Shown one piece after another: positions 1 through 15,414 of a DNA stretch of 64,000 nt. Source of the stretch: Adineta vaga (taxonomy: Eukaryota; Animalia; Rotifera). The DNA lies in assembly GCA_021613535.1 (NCBI GenBank), contig CP075496.1, positions 15,066,001 to 15,130,000 of the forward strand. Direction: 5' to 3'. The position numbers were made by a program, and so were the translations under genes. The notes under the pieces were generated by a model, which ran no database searches, was not told the DNA's origin, and saw only the letters and a list, made by a program, of their open reading frames with translations. How positions within the stretch are numbered: the stretch's first letter is position 1; each line of letters opens with the position of its first letter.

Positions 1-4
1 ATTG

Positions 5-1657
5 TTAACATAAATTTAAAAGAATATTTAAAGTAAATTTTCCATCACCAGTCACAGCAATATCAATCTTTCCATCAAGATTAAAATCTCCTGTTATAAT
101 TGCAACAATATAAGGATCAGTTTGTAATGTTTGATAATGAATAAATGTTCCATCTTGATTATTTAATAAAATATGAATAAAATGATCATAATTATTTGAA
201 ACAATAATATCAATAAATGAATCATTATTTAAATCAGCAACAGCAACTGGTATCGGAAGACCATTAATATAATATGAATGACGTTTATAAAAATTTCCTT
301 GTCCATCATTAAATAAAACTTCGACTGTTGATGAACCATGATTAGCAGTAATAATATCAATAAAAGAATCATTATTTATATCAGCAATTGTTATTCCCCA
401 TGGTGAAATTCCAGTTGAATATGTTTTTCTAGGTTTAAAAAAACCTTTTTTATCATTTATATAAATACTAATTGTATTATCACTATAATCAGTAACAACA
501 AAATCTAAATAAGAATCTTGATTAAAATCTGCAATTGATACAGCTGTACAATCATGACCAGCTTGATACATTATTGAATAATTAAATGATAAATTATGAT
601 AATCATAGAAAATAGTTACAGAAGAATCATGATCATTAACAACAACAATATCTAATAAAGAATTTTTATTAAAATCTTCTATATCAAGCCAATATGGATA
701 ATATTCAATTGGATCATTTCCAACTAAATATTCTTTTATCGAACTAAAACTTCGATTTCCATTATTAATTATAATTCCAATTGTACCAGTATAAAGAAAT
801 GATATTATTATATCAAATTTATTATCATTATTCATATCTTTAATAGTTACATAAACAGGATTTTGAGGAGTTCGATATATAATTGCTGATTGAAATGTTC
901 CATTTCCGATACCATAATAAAATCCAACTGCACTTTCTCCTCGAAAAATAACAGCAATATCAAGATAAAGATCTTCATCTATATAACCAGTACTTAATGA
1001 CCAAGGAGTATTTCCAGTTAAATAACTTGAATAATTTGAAAATTGTATTGGATTACATAAAATAACTAAAAGAATTTTTTGATTTAATTTAATTATTAAA
1101 ATTAAAATTAAATTAATTACTTTGAGATATATTCTTTATTGGAATTGATGGTGTTACTAAAGAAATTTATTTTAATTATTTTCTTTTCGTCTTCACTTAC
1201 TTTCTGTTGAATTTAGTTTAATTTCAGTTGTTTTTTTAGATCTTTTTGAAACAATTGTTGTTTCTAAAAATAATTATCATTATAATACTCTTCTGTTCGA
1301 ATTCTCTCACTATAATTGAGGGTGTGTGAGTATTAGATAGTTAAAATATACACATGTACATCCTCAAGATTGATGTATAATTTTTGAAGAGATTTTAAAA
1401 AAATGAATATTCTTACCGATATTATATTTCGTATTATTGACAAAAAAAACTGCTTGAATACGAAGAAAGATAATGACAATAATAATACTAATAAAGATAA
1501 ATATTGGTATTATAAAACAACTCCAAAGAAGAAATCGAGATCTTTTTGATATAGGATTTTCTCTTCAATAAATTTATATTTTAAAAAAAATATATATTAA
1601 TTCAATAGTTAAGTATTACTTTGAAGACAATATTTCTTCATTTGATAATTGTTCCAT
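5..1657 (-). CDS. Type II membrane protein with C-terminal FG-GAP/VCBS repeats (multi-exon; last exon ~1066..5)
   Basis: Repeated DxNxDxxxDI motifs (DFNQDSYLDF, DINNDSFIDI, DLNNDSFIDI, DFNLDGKIDI). The frame extends upstream of the ORF call (ILCNPIQFSNYSSYLTGNTPW). Small upstream exons encode MEQLSNEE..., a hydrophobic TM and a Thr-rich stalk, separated by GT-AG introns. Confidence 0.8.
1316..1367. repeat. Telomere-repeat-armed palindromic cassette (intronic copy)
   Basis: TTGAGGGTGTGTGAGT-spacer-ACACATGTACATCCTCAA(GAT). Confidence 0.7.
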
Positions 1658-2399
1658 TGATATTCATATACTTATGAAATATATTTTCTTGAAAGTGACG
1701 AAGTATAGATCAGTAAAAACTTAATTACAGAAATTGTTAATAACAAATAAGACTTTCTTTTGCATAGACACTTTTTTTTCTTTTTTAATTTTTAAAATTA
1801 TTTAATATCAGACAAGAAAAAGAAGTGTTATTCACTCAAATAATTGTTTTTCTATTATACTGATGAATATAATCAATGTATTTCTTTATATTTGTCTTTA
1901 TTTAATAATCAATTGATCTTCGAAAAAAGATCTAATAACTTCTTCATTTTGAATAAGAGTCGAAATATTCATTAAATCAAAACAATTTATGATGTACAAA
2001 AGATATTCATATAGTGTTACATTTTTCACTGATAAATAATTTTCTTTTTTCTATAATTTAGTAAAATCTTTTTCAATAAACATTTTACTCACTCATTTCT
2101 CTTATTTTAATTAATATTTCTTTTTCTTTTTTTCCAACAAAAAAGACTAAAATACTATATATATATATATAGATCCGATAGTTTCTTTTGTTCCATTTTC
2201 AGATTGTTGTTTATTGTTATTATGATCAATTTACAGAAACTTATTAAACATTTTGCTCTATTTATTTAATATTTCCTTTTAAATTAGTTCGATTATGTTT
2301 ATCAAATGAATAAATGTTTATTAAACATGTAAATAAATGAGAGTGTGTACAAAACGAATATTACATAACAATATCAATTTATATTAATTATATTTTCGA

Positions 2400-3365
2400 T
2401 TAAAATAATCTTCTATGTAAAATAATATTTATTAATTCATTTCGAAATGTTTTTGACATTAATAAATGTGCATAAGAAGTTAAACAATATGGAACATAAG
2501 TACAATAAGTTGCTAAACGAAAAATAAATTGTAATATTTGTGTATCTTCAACAGATTTTGAATTATATTGTGTCAATTGTTGATAAATAAGAAAAATTGA
2601 TAAAAATAAACTAAAAGGAACATAAATAATAATATTTATAATTAACATTAAAATAAGTTGACGATCTTTTGCTTGAATAGAAGGTAAACCAGTTCTTGTT
2701 TGTAATGATAAAGGTGTAATTGTAATATGTTTCATACGATGAACATTTTTTATTGCCCATAATCCAAAAAAGATCATTAATAAAGGTACTAAAATTTCTT
2801 TTATAAATGAACCATAACTAATTATTGTTATATAAATATTTGTTTCAGGATAACAAATAAAAGAATTTAATCCTATTTGTAAAATAGTTGAAAAAATCAT
2901 TATAGGACTTGAAGATAATAACCAAAATAATGTTCCAATAATAATTAATATAAAAGCATTTTTAATAGAACTAACTTTTCGTATATGAACATTTGATGAT
3001 GTTATTAAAACACGATCAATTGATGCTAATATTAATATAAATGGACATATACAATTAAATGAAATAGCGACATAAAGTCGTAATCGACATAAATTAAGAT
3101 TATATAAAGAATAATCAATATTAAAACCAAGTTCAAGTACTGGTGGTAATAAACCTCCAAAAATAATAATTATATTTGAAATATTAAATGCCATAAAATA
3201 AATTGAACATGGATTTTTTCGTAAATTTCTTTGAATAAATACAATAAAACTAAATATATTACTTATTATACCTAAGAATATTAAAATTGGACCACCAAAA
3301 CGAAATAAATTTTCTTCTACTGATTTTAATTTAAGAATCAAATCATAATTGATCAATGTCGACAT
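2400..3365 (-). CDS. Rhodopsin-like (class A) GPCR, 321 aa
   Basis: 7 hydrophobic segments, LRKNPCSIYF, C-x-LRLY, ASIDR (DRY-like), SKTFR in helix 8. Confidence 0.88.
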   Translation of the reverse strand: MSTLINYDLILKLKSVEENLFRFGGPILIFLGIISNIFSFIVFIQRNLRKNPCSIYFMAFNISNIIIIFGGLLPPVLELGFNIDYSLYNLNLCRLRLYVAISFNCICPFILILASIDRVLITSSNVHIRKVSSIKNAFILIIIGTLFWLLSSSPIMIFSTILQIGLNSFICYPETNIYITIISYGSFIKEILVPLLMIFFGLWAIKNVHRMKHITITPLSLQTRTGLPSIQAKDRQLILMLIINIIIYVPFSLFLSIFLIYQQLTQYNSKSVEDTQILQFIFRLATYCTYVPYCLTSYAHLLMSKTFRNELINIILHRRLF

Positions 3366-4214
3366 TTTTATTTAAATTTCATAAAAAATAAAATCATTTC
3401 TTATTTCAAACCTTTCTTTATATATGAATTCAAAAGAAAAATGTAATTATATTTATAAACCAGGGAAAAAATTCATTAGAAAAGTTTTAAGATAATCTAT
3501 CAAGGCATTTATAAGTTCATTTATACGATAGTATAAAAAACTAAATATAGTTGGATTATAAATTCAATTATCGAGAAAAAATATCTATTTAATTAATTGC
3601 GCATATTTATTTAAAGATGAATGTAAGTATCTTTTCTTCAATCTTACTTACATTCAAACTCTTAACATCAGATTAAGTGAAGGTATCTAATGTTTAAAAA
3701 TACTTTCAATTTTCTCTTGTTGTTAGCGACATTGGATATTACTTCATGACGCTACCTTCTACATAGTTGTTTTCTTTCATTTCTATACATATATATACAC
3801 ATATATATGTATATCTTCTTTCTCTTTCTTTCCTGTCGTCTTTTGGTTTTCGTTGATTATCATGTCCGTTCTCATGATGATTTCTGTGATTGTATTTCTT
3901 CTTTTTTTTCTTCTCTTTTCTATTTTTTTCTCAGATCATCTCTGATCTATATTTATATTATTGTTTTTCTTTTTCTCTAGTCAGTCTTTTGTTATCATAT
4001 TCTTTAGTGTTTTATTTGATTTCACATCAGATCATACGTTCATATAGTTGTTCAGCTTACGATATATTCGTTAGCTGGAGATTTATCTTCATCCCCTAAT
4101 ATAAGAGACTCACACTTGTCGATTTAAATCGAATAATTTATTTAGAATGATTCAATCTGTTCATCATATAAATAATATCACATCTTCGATAATCTTTTAA
4201 CGAAACATTATCGA

Positions 4215-4269
4215 TTGAGGGTGTGTGTGGATGAAGATACAGTAAGGATCAACGTCATCCACACCCTCA
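4215..4269. repeat. Telomere-repeat-armed palindromic cassette
   Basis: TTGAGGGTGTGTGTGGATGA-20 bp spacer-TCATCCACACCCTCA. Confidence 0.75.
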
Positions 4270-4340
4270 TTTTTGTTTATTAAGATGAATGGAGTAACAA
4301 ATGAAGCTGAACTGCGGACTGTAGTTGTCCCTACTCTCGA

Positions 4341-4410
4341 TTCAGGGTATGGATGTATATGTGAGAGAGTGTAGATAATTCCTTTTAACACTCGTCACAC
4401 CCTCCCTCAA
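4341..4410. repeat. Telomere-repeat-armed cassette (degenerate)
   Basis: TTCAGGGTATGGATG...CACACCCTCCCTCAA. Confidence 0.6.
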
Positions 4411-4479
4411 GAAAAAACAAAATATCGAGAAATTCAATTTTCGAAGGATTTATTTGATCAAATTTGAGTAATTGAAACA

Positions 4480-4740
4480 ATCAAATTTTTGTTTCGTCAT
4501 TGAAATAATCGTTCTTTAACTGTTCGACGAAAGCGACTTGATGAGAATAAAAAAATATTAACAAACAACATAATATAATGTTGATGTTCTATTGATAATT
4601 ACATATGAAAGATATTATTTTAACATTCAATCTTGATCTTCGATAATTTCAAATGTCAATTATTAAATGTCATTTTTAATAATTGATGATTCAGCATGTT
4701 GTTCAGCAAGTGCGTAATTTTAATTGTTATATCTGTGTAT
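4480..4740 (-). pseudogene. Degraded GPCR C-terminal fragment
   Basis: Minus strand reads ...FLFSSSRFRRTVKERLF (helix-8-like) amid stops. Confidence 0.35.
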
Positions 4741-6501
4741 TATTCGAAAAGAAAAATCTTATTATAATAATTCATTAAAATAAATGAAAATACAAATAAA
4801 ATAGATATTTTAAACATTCGACGAATTCAAAAGAAACTATATAAAAACAAATGGCAAGTTTTCTTCTATAACCACATTCTTCGTATTCGCAAATTCCTGT
4901 GCAACAACAAAACAAATCAGAATCATCAATACAACTACCTTTATTAAGAAGTCTGTAAAGAAACGGTTCAAGAAGTTGACGACGACGGCGAATATTAGAA
5001 TCTCAGTGTTTCAGAAAGTTTTTAGCACATTTTTCATCATTATAAGTATTGAGAATATCACAATCAGCGCCACACCATCAGTACAATATTTTTTACAAGA
5101 AGTAATATCCTCAGTAACAATATTAATATCTAATGAGATCATATTATAACTAATATTACAATTGGTACATGTTAGTGAAAGTTAACTAATTATTGTTGAT
5201 GTAATAATCGAAATCAATGTTGTAGTAGTTAGACTTGTTGATATATTATCTAAAAATATTTATTATTTAAAATTTAATCTTTTATTAATTTAAGTAAAAT
5301 TATTGGTTTATTTTCAATATATTTTACATATGTTAAAGTTCGATTACCAATATCATTTTCATAAAATATTAATAAAATAGAGTAATTTCATTCGGAAAAG
5401 ATAATTTTATCATCTAATAACCACATATAGATACAATCAAATGGACATTGAATTGATACATTATATATTTGTTTATTAAAATCAATAGAAAATAATATTG
5501 AATATTCTGATGATAAACGTGGAAAATGAAAAAAAAGATATTTTTTTATTTAAAAATATTTAATATATATCCAAGATTATGAATATTCAATTAAATTTTC
5601 ATTATTATCAATAATAATATTATTATATTCATTATAAAATTTAATTTCTATATCAATAATTGTTTTTATTTCAGATAATTTAATTGATTATGAAAATAAT
5701 TAACAATTTCATATTGAAATTCAAATTTAGAAATATTATCTTCAATTTCAATATTATTTATTATTAATGATAATTCAGAATATAAATAACTACGTAATTC
5801 CTTTATATTGATTAATTAAATCTTTAAGATCATCTAAGAAATATATTTTTTTAAACTGATAATATTTCATTATTATCACAAATAATTATTGACTATTAAA
5901 TAAAATTGAAATATTCCTTTTTTTTTCTTTTTTTATAAAATAATTAACTTACTGAAATAATTAATAAAAAGATAATTAATTTTAAAATAAAATAAAATAA
6001 TTTTTCTTTTATTAATTAAAACTTTCAATTTCTAAATAATAAATAAATATTGAAAATAAAACATTTTTCTTTAAAAATTTTATTTTTATATAAATATATC
6101 AAGATTATTTTCACTATTAACATCGTCAACGTTAAATCTCAATGATTTTCTCTATAAGATATATTTTATTTTCATTTAATTAAATAAATTTTGAATAATT
6201 AACTTTGATAAATGATCTATTATATAGAAATAAAAGAGAAGTGAGATATTTATACAATTGTAATATTCGATTTATTTAATGATAATAAAAATTTAAGAAT
6301 CACGTTAAGTAATTTATTATAAGGAAATAATAGAAAAGATAATTCATTTGTAGAATGTAAGGTGTATCTTCATAATCGAGGATATGTGATATTATTATAT
6401 CTCGAGAATATCAATGTCTCTTGTTCTGTTGACATTTATATCATTTTTTTCTAAATTCTATTTCAATATAATCATCAAATAAAACAAATAGTTCAATTTG
6501 T

Positions 6502-7066
6502 GTACTCAAAAAGTGAGTACACTATTAAAATCGGTCAGTGTATCCGTCCGTCCGTTTATCCGATAACTTTCGAAGGAGAGTCCAATTGAGCTGAAATTTT
6601 CCACACAGAATCTTTATTTAATTTACAAAGTAGATCGAGTTTGTTATAGAAAGATTTGTCGTTTCGTCTTGCATCTTTTGGTATATTTCGTTAATTGATT
6701 TGATCGTGGGCCGATTTGCGGTCTTATAAGTCCTCGCCCACTCTCGAAAAGGAATCTTAGCGTTCGATCCGTCGTTCTCCGAAATCTTCCATCCATTGAC
6801 TTGATTCCAATCGAAGACTTTCTTAACAGCGAAGAGAGTAAACCAATTTGTCATCGATTTCAATGCTGAGATAGACATAAAGAAGAGAAAAATTCCATTT
6901 ATCGTGATAAGCATATTGATAAGACGGTGAACTCTGCCAATAATGAGAAAGAAAGAAAGAAAGAAAAGGAAAGGAAAAAATCGGTGATATTTGAATAGTA
7001 TATCACTAAAATAACAATAGTGACTCATGGTTGGAGATTATCCAATTGAGTATTGCTTGAATACTC
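6502..7066 (+). mobile_element. Helentron-associated non-autonomous element (HINE/DINE-1-like)
   Basis: 5' TACTCAAAAAGTGAGTA hairpin, GTCCGTCCGTCCG microsatellite, GATAACT...GAGCTGAAATTTT core, 3' hairpin GAGTATTGCTTGAATACTC; related copy at ~13247. Confidence 0.55.
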
Positions 7067-7402
7067 CTGACTATAAAGGATCATATTGACACTGACAATT
7101 CTGATAATAATAAACCCAAACACTTTCGTCATATGTATATATATATATGTAGGGATGTCAAAAACTCATATCGTCGCTCGAGACATTTTCTCAAGAGTCT
7201 ATTGTTTACCATTCAGATTCTTCTGTTACTTGATCTTTTTCTTCATTGTCCAACCTCAATCAAAATATCGTTTCCAAACTTCCGATTCATTTTTGAAAGA
7301 GTTTCGAAAGTTTCAGTTTTCGTCTTTCTTCGCTATACTTTTCAAACAAATCTGTTTATTTCTTTAGATATTTTATCTTTACTTCACAGTTCAAGAACAA
7401 AA

Positions 7403-7645
7403 ATGAAATTCTTCTCAATTGGGACATCATTTTTCTTACTGATTATTCAAATGCAGCAAAACGTTTTCGCTGGACCTGTTGCAGGTGCTTCCTGTTGTAC
7501 TGTTTGTTGTGGTGGAGCCGCAGCCATTCTAACTGTTGGTGGACCGGCGGCGTTCGTCGGCTGTTACCCATCATGTATTTTGTCAATGGGTACACTGCTT
7601 CCATGCACATTTTGTGCCGCTGCATTTCTTGCGCCAACACCATGA
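7403..7645 (+). CDS. Small secreted Cys-rich peptide, GP...APTP type (80 aa)
   Basis: Signal peptide MKFFSIG...VFA, mature N-terminus GPVAG, 8 Cys, C-terminal LAPTP, intronless, GC-richer than flanks. Confidence 0.75.
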   Translation: MKFFSIGTSFFLLIIQMQQNVFAGPVAGASCCTVCCGGAAAILTVGGPAAFVGCYPSCILSMGTLLPCTFCAAAFLAPTP

Positions 7646-7950
7646 ATAAGTGACTGCTGAACATAAGTAATCAAATCGAATAGAAATTTTTCAAGTTTTT
7701 ATTGTTGTTCGTTTTTCTTCTATAATGGCACTATATCCGTAATTCCAAATGAAAAACAAACCTAATTCCTTAGACACAGGAGAACGTCAAATTGTACAGA
7801 AATTAGCATAGAATTAGATCATCGAATAGATTTTAAAAGTATTAGAAGAAAGTTCTACATTGAAGATTAACATTTACACGTAAATCTTTAAATTTATTCG
7901 AAATCATTTGACTGCCTTTTAATCGGACCTTTTTTAATGTATTAAGAATC

Positions 7951-8579
7951 GTAAGGTATGTATCAAAAGTTCTCAGAACTTTTGTTTTTGATCTTAAATG
8001 AGAACATTTTGAAAGCTGCTTTCAATGAACTATGCCATTAGATGCAGTGTGAAAAGCTCTATAATCTACATAAGACAATGTATTGGGTGAGCGAGCCTCA
8101 TTGATTCAAAACACACAAAATATGAAATATCGATATGAAAAAAACAAACGCGTCATGTACTAAAACAAGGTTTGTTTTACAGCATTGAGGTTTAGCTCAT
8201 TTTAGTTTTGTTATTCTTGAAAACAAAAAGCACAGTTGTAAGAAAAGCTGTGTCTTATGCAGATTGTAGAGCTTTTCACGCTACATCTTGTGGTCTGTTT
8301 TGTTTTTCTAAGATAACAAATAATTAAAGGATGAAACAACAAAAAGTGAACACATCGGATATTAGAAAAAATCGTAGTTTTCAATCGCCAAAAAATATAG
8401 TTACTAAAAATTTTGCCTCTTTTAAGAAAAAAGATGAAGTTATAAAATAAATGATCTTATGAAAATTGTAGAGCGTCTCATGCTGCATCTAATGGCATAG
8501 TCCATTGAAAGCACCTTTCAAAATATTCTCATTTAATATCAAAAACAAAAGTTCTGAGGACTTTTTATACATACCTTAC
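7951..8579. mobile_element. MITE with ~115-bp imperfect TIRs (Kolobok-like GG...CC ends)
   Basis: GTAAGGTATGTATCAAAAGTTCTCAGAACTTTTGTTTTTGAT... is the reverse complement of ...ATCAAAAACAAAAGTTCTGAGGACTTTTTATACATACCTTAC; internal TGTAGAGC repeats. Confidence 0.75.
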
Positions 8580-9153
8580 TTAAAGAGCCTGACACAATTA
8601 CACATATGTGCCGTATCAATTGTTCTTTGTCGTATACAGACAGGAACGTAAGACAATCGTTCAAATCTACAAATATCTTAAGTCTTTACGCATTGACAGT
8701 CAGAACTATAGTGTCAATTTGAGCACCGAGTCAGACAAATGCGAAATCACCTGTCGCAAATTGATAATCTGCATCAATATTGATAGGACGTACTACCAGT
8801 TATGACTGCAAACTCATTTTCTCTGTTAAAACATTGATGCTTGTCGATTTAGCTGTATTCATAGTCATTTATAACATTCGGATAAAATCCGAAGTTTCCA
8901 CATTTATTATTATTCTCAAAACAGAAAACTATATTTTATTTATTCGAAATAAAATTTTTTGTTATTGAATAAATAATTCAAGTCAAGATTATTTATTCAA
9001 CATGTGTTAGTGTTACCATCCATTTTTTTAAGGTTAATGTAATCTTTATATTTCTTATCTATAAACACATCTCTTTCTCTGTCATTCTTTTCTTTTTAAA
9101 TTTTAGTAAAGATATATGAAGAAAAAAAACTCATTTTCAAGTTTAACGAATAA

Positions 9154-10600
<1,447 letters not shown>

Positions 10601-11271
10601 TTAATTTTTATATCTTTTATTAAAATCTATTTAATGAGTTTAAAAAAAAAAGACTCGTATTACTATAATCACAAATTAAAATATAATACGAAATCAAAAG
10701 AGATATTTTCTAAATAAAAATATTTTGATTTATCGAAAAGTTTTTATTAAAAAATAAATTTAAAACTAATATTTGTTCTGTTTTTTTATTATTCTATTTA
10801 TACAAATTGAAAACACTTTATCTCAATTATAATGATATAGTTAAAAAATACGTATTAACAAGATACTCATATCATTTCTGTAATATTTTAATACGTTCAT
10901 AAGACAAAGATATGTTAGAAAAATATTAAAAAAACAAATTCTATAATTATAACTATACAATTTTTCTATTGATTTCAAAAGATTTGATAATTATCATGTT
11001 TATGTAAATATTATATATTTATAATTATTGGTATAGAACTTTAAATATAGAAAAATATTTATATTAATTTATTTATTATGTTCAATTTTAAATTATTTCT
11101 TTTATATAAAAATCATAATAGAATATATAGATTATAGAAAATTAAATTAAACGAGATTGTTAATAATAAAATTAATTATTTCAATTGATTTATAAAATTA
11201 AAATCTTTATTTCTTTCAAATCATATCATCTTTAATCAATATATATTATTTCTAAAATAATGAATATATTA

Positions 11272-11665
11272 CAGTAAAACCTCTCTATAATGAACACTCT
11301 CAAGTCCGACAGACCGAATTTTTTTTTACTGGAAATGCACCTCTATATAATTGTAAACAGTTCGTCATTCTGTACATGAACACTTCTTTTTCTATTCAGC
11401 TGTTACATAGGTATCTTGTATGTTTGACCTATTTTTTCTAATTAACATCTGTTCTGAATAAAATCAATTCTTATCTCATTTCTTTTTGTTGTTCATTATT
11501 TATAAATAGATGAAGAAACCTTTTGATTTTTTTCTCATTCATCTAATTATCCCTCTTCAATGTATACTTTGTGTTTTCCGAATAAATGCAGTTAATTATT
11601 GATTAAAAATGTCTTCATGACTTTCTCAGTAGAATGTATAACACCTCTCTAAAGTGATGAATACC
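11272..11665 (+). mobile_element. pogo/Tc1-like MITE remnant
   Basis: TA|CAGTAAAACCTCTCTATAA terminus and repeated ACCTCTCTA motifs; right end not identified. Confidence 0.35.
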
Positions 11666-11873
11666 TTTAAAAAGTTCGAATATGGTATTTATAATAATAA
11701 ATATCTATATGAATAATTCTTCTAAATTCAAATTTGAATATATATAATAATTATATTAATTCTATAATCTTTATAGATAATAATATAGTTATATAATAAA
11801 GAAAAGAATTCTAATAATTATATTAATGAAATTTTATTCAAATATATTTAATGATTATATTTTTTTTCTTTTT

Positions 11874-12941
11874 CTATTGAATTTGTCTTCGAACAATTGT
11901 ATTAGTAACAATAAGATTTCTTGTAATCCATGATTGATATAAATTTCTAGGTAATAATATAAAAAAACCTTTGATCATTGTTTGTCGAAATAGACGAGAT
12001 GTTAATGTTGATAAATAAAATGATTTTACATGAATTATATAATAAAAATTATTTGTTAAACTTAATATAAAATAAATAATTCTTTGTTCTTCAATAGTTT
12101 TATTATTATTTAATGTTACCAAAAAATAAGAATATGTTCCAATCCATTGTAATATAAAGAAACTACTTACAAATACTTGAACAAATACCATTATAATAAA
12201 TTGATTTCGAAGACGATTTCTATTTCCTAATGATGTTACACCCTATAAAATATATCATATTTAAAAAAAAAAAGAAAAATAATTCTCAATATTTACAACT
12301 CGTTGTCGATTTTTTATAAATTTTCTATAAGTAATTAATACAAAGATTAACATTATTATTGGTGTCATTATTCCATGTATTGTTATATAAATAATAGTTG
12401 TTATTGTTGAATGTGTTGTACCACATCCAAAAGAAGGAATAATATCATATAAAAGAGGAGAATATAATGACATTATTAAACTTATGATTATTGTAATGAA
12501 AATCATTAATGATACATATTTTAATTGAAGAAGTTGATACATTCGAGATGTTAGACCACATGTACATGCATATCGATCAATAAGAGATATTATTAAAAGA
12601 TTTAATGATAATTGAGGAAAAAATTGTAAAGTAAACATTTTTAATTTACATATTAAACGATCTGTTATAGTTGAAAATGTATTTCCAACAGATGAATTTA
12701 TATATAATGGAAAAAGATTAATAAAAAGATTAAGAATATCAATAAATGATGATGAAAGTGTATAAAGACAAAATGAATTAGTTCGAAGTGTTTTTTGAAG
12801 AAATGTAAATAAATTACCTATAAATCCAATTAAACCAAAAATTGTTATTATTAATGGAAGTTTATTAATAAATCTTTCATCAATTAAATCCAATATATTT
12901 ATAACTGATTTTGTTAATAATGTTTCATTTTTTAAAAACAT
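11874..12941 (-). CDS. Rhodopsin-like GPCR (2 exons, intron ~12297-12244)
   Basis: GLIGFIGN, CKLK, LIDRY, SRLFR; two ORFs joined by a GT-AG intron. Confidence 0.85.
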
Positions 12942-13246
12942 TCTATTCAAAATTATATTATATTAAATCTAATAGACAAAAATAAAATAATCTCTTAGAT
13001 ATACACAATTCTTTATAAATTCTCAAATGAAGATTAATCTTGATAAAAAAAATTATAATTTCAAGAGCATTTATATAGAATCATTAATTATCATTATATT
13101 ATAAATTATCAAAAGAATATTATTTATCTTTTCATCATAAAATTCTTTTGGAAAATTAATTTCATTAAATCTAACAAATAATATTCAATGAAAAGATATG
13201 ATGAAACTCTTTAATTATATAATTACAATTACAAATCTTTTCAGTG

Positions 13247-13450
13247 TATTCAAAAAATGAGTACACTACTACAATCGGTTAGTGTGTCCATTTACACGAT
13301 AACTCTTTACAATTACATTTGATTGAGCTGAAACTGTGTGCACATAATTGTCTCATCAATATCTCGGTCGAGAAATGGCTAAATTATTGAAAAAATTGTC
13401 ATTATTGGCCACACCATCCCTGAGGGGGGGATACAGGGTTCTCTTGAAAA
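13247..13450 (+). mobile_element. HINE/DINE-1-like fragment
   Basis: TATTCAAAAAATGAGTACACTACTACAATCGG...GATAACT...GAGCTGAAA, homologous to the element at 6502. Confidence 0.5.
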
Positions 13451-15414
13451 ATGTCTCAAAATGCGCAAAAACTGTATTTTATCAGGAAATTGCCTAAATA
13501 CATCTCACATGATTTGTAGTTTGGGAGTTTTCTAATTATTTAGAAAGACTATGAAAAGTGAAAAAGCTGATCTCTATATCTATTGATATTGATGATCTAT
13601 TATGAAAATACTGATATGTATATCTATGACAGATCTTTTATAGATTCATGAGATTACTTACAACTGTAATCTCGGTAGATTCAAACACCCAAAATTCATT
13701 AAAAAATTTCTCGTGTTATTTTTGTTCTGTAGACATTCTCGAGTGATTCATCTCTCTCTCTCTCTCTCATACACTTTTTGTAGTACATATAATTGTCGGA
13801 TAAAATTCGAAATTTCCGTATTTATTATTTCTATGATTATAGATAAATGTTTTTATAAACAATATCAAATTATGAAATACATTTTTCATTCAAAGTTTTT
13901 TCTAAAATAATTTAAAATTTTGTTATTATATAATAATAATTCTTATGATATTGTATTTTGTTGATTAAATATATATTTTCTAATAAATTTGTTTTTAATA
14001 TTAAGTTTTGTTGAATATATCTGATAATAAAATTATTCTAAAAACAAATTGAATATGTAAATATTTATTTTCTGTATAATTATTATTTATTTTATAAAAC
14101 TTATTATTATGATCAATTATACATTTATTAAATTATAATATAAATATATTTCATAAAATATAAAAAACTAAATATAATTAATCGTATATTTGTTTAAATA
14201 TCAATTGATGATAATATTTTTTCTATTAATCGATTTGTTTGAAGAACTTTTTTATTTTTATTTCTTAAATCATCAAGTTTTTCATACCAGTTAAAAAAAT
14301 TTACGAATAATTTATAAAGATTTTTCTTGAAATTTATATATTTTTTGAATATATGTTTATCATCATAAATTACACTGAAAATATTAAGAATTTAAATCAT
14401 TATAATATTTCTTTTCAAGCACCAATATAGTACACATTGATATAGCTAAAGTAATATTTGCGATGATGTATCTATGATTTACAATTATTTATGAAGAAAT
14501 TTTTATAATAAAAGAGTTTTTTTTATAAATTTCAATTATCTTATCAATATTTATTATATTAACAAATAAGTGATACGATGAATAAAATTTGAATCATCAA
14601 TTTTATATATATAAATTTGTAAAATATAATATATGTTTTTCTCATCTATTTCCATTTGTTATTATATTTTTCAGTAATTGTTGGTCTTTATGTAACACAC
14701 AAGTGTATAGATATGTCGATGATTAAGTTTTATTTTATTACTTTTATTTGTTTTTCTCTTTATTAAGAATTAAATAATGTCATTTGAAAATAGTTCAATA
14801 TAATATATATTCATTTTGTCTAATCAATTTCCATTGTTTAATATAATAAATAAACTTCTATAAAATGTTTTAAACAATATTTTATTTGTAATTAAATAAA
14901 AGAAAAGGAATACCTCAAATTGATTTCTATGTTTATTCACAATTGTTATCTGCTTTTTATCAAACAACAATAATATTTTATAAAAAGAAAACGATGAATT
15001 CTGAGAATAATAAGTGTTGATGATTATTCTAACCTATTAAATTATGTCAGACTTTGTTCATCTTATAAAACTAATAAATTAATGCATTAATAATATCTTC
15101 AAATTTTCTCAATGAAAATAAAATAATTTATAATGATTTTTGTAGAAAAAGTTTATGAATAATAGTTTATGTTTGTCATCGTTAACAAGCTTTATACTTT
15201 AGTTACATTTAGGCATTTCTCTTTGTTGTTTTTTTCTATAAACTATCATTATTGATGAAAAAAAATACGAAAAATCGATCGTTCTATGCATTTTTTTCCT
15301 TTTTCTTATAGGCTCGTGATTGTCTCTTCCATATACTTGTTTTTGATGTATCAAATTATTTTTTACCTTGTTAATTTCTGTTGAGCAATAATATAGAAAA
15401 AAAACTCGTGCAAG

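Noticed and set aside
5300-6200. Possible cadherin remnant (LIDYE, INDN-like words)
   Set aside because: Too AT-rich and degraded to support.
6618-7402. ORFs 6618-7028, 7086-7367 and the long N-terminus of 7133-7645
   Set aside because: They lie in or next to the HINE and have no motifs; the real gene most likely starts at ATG 7403.
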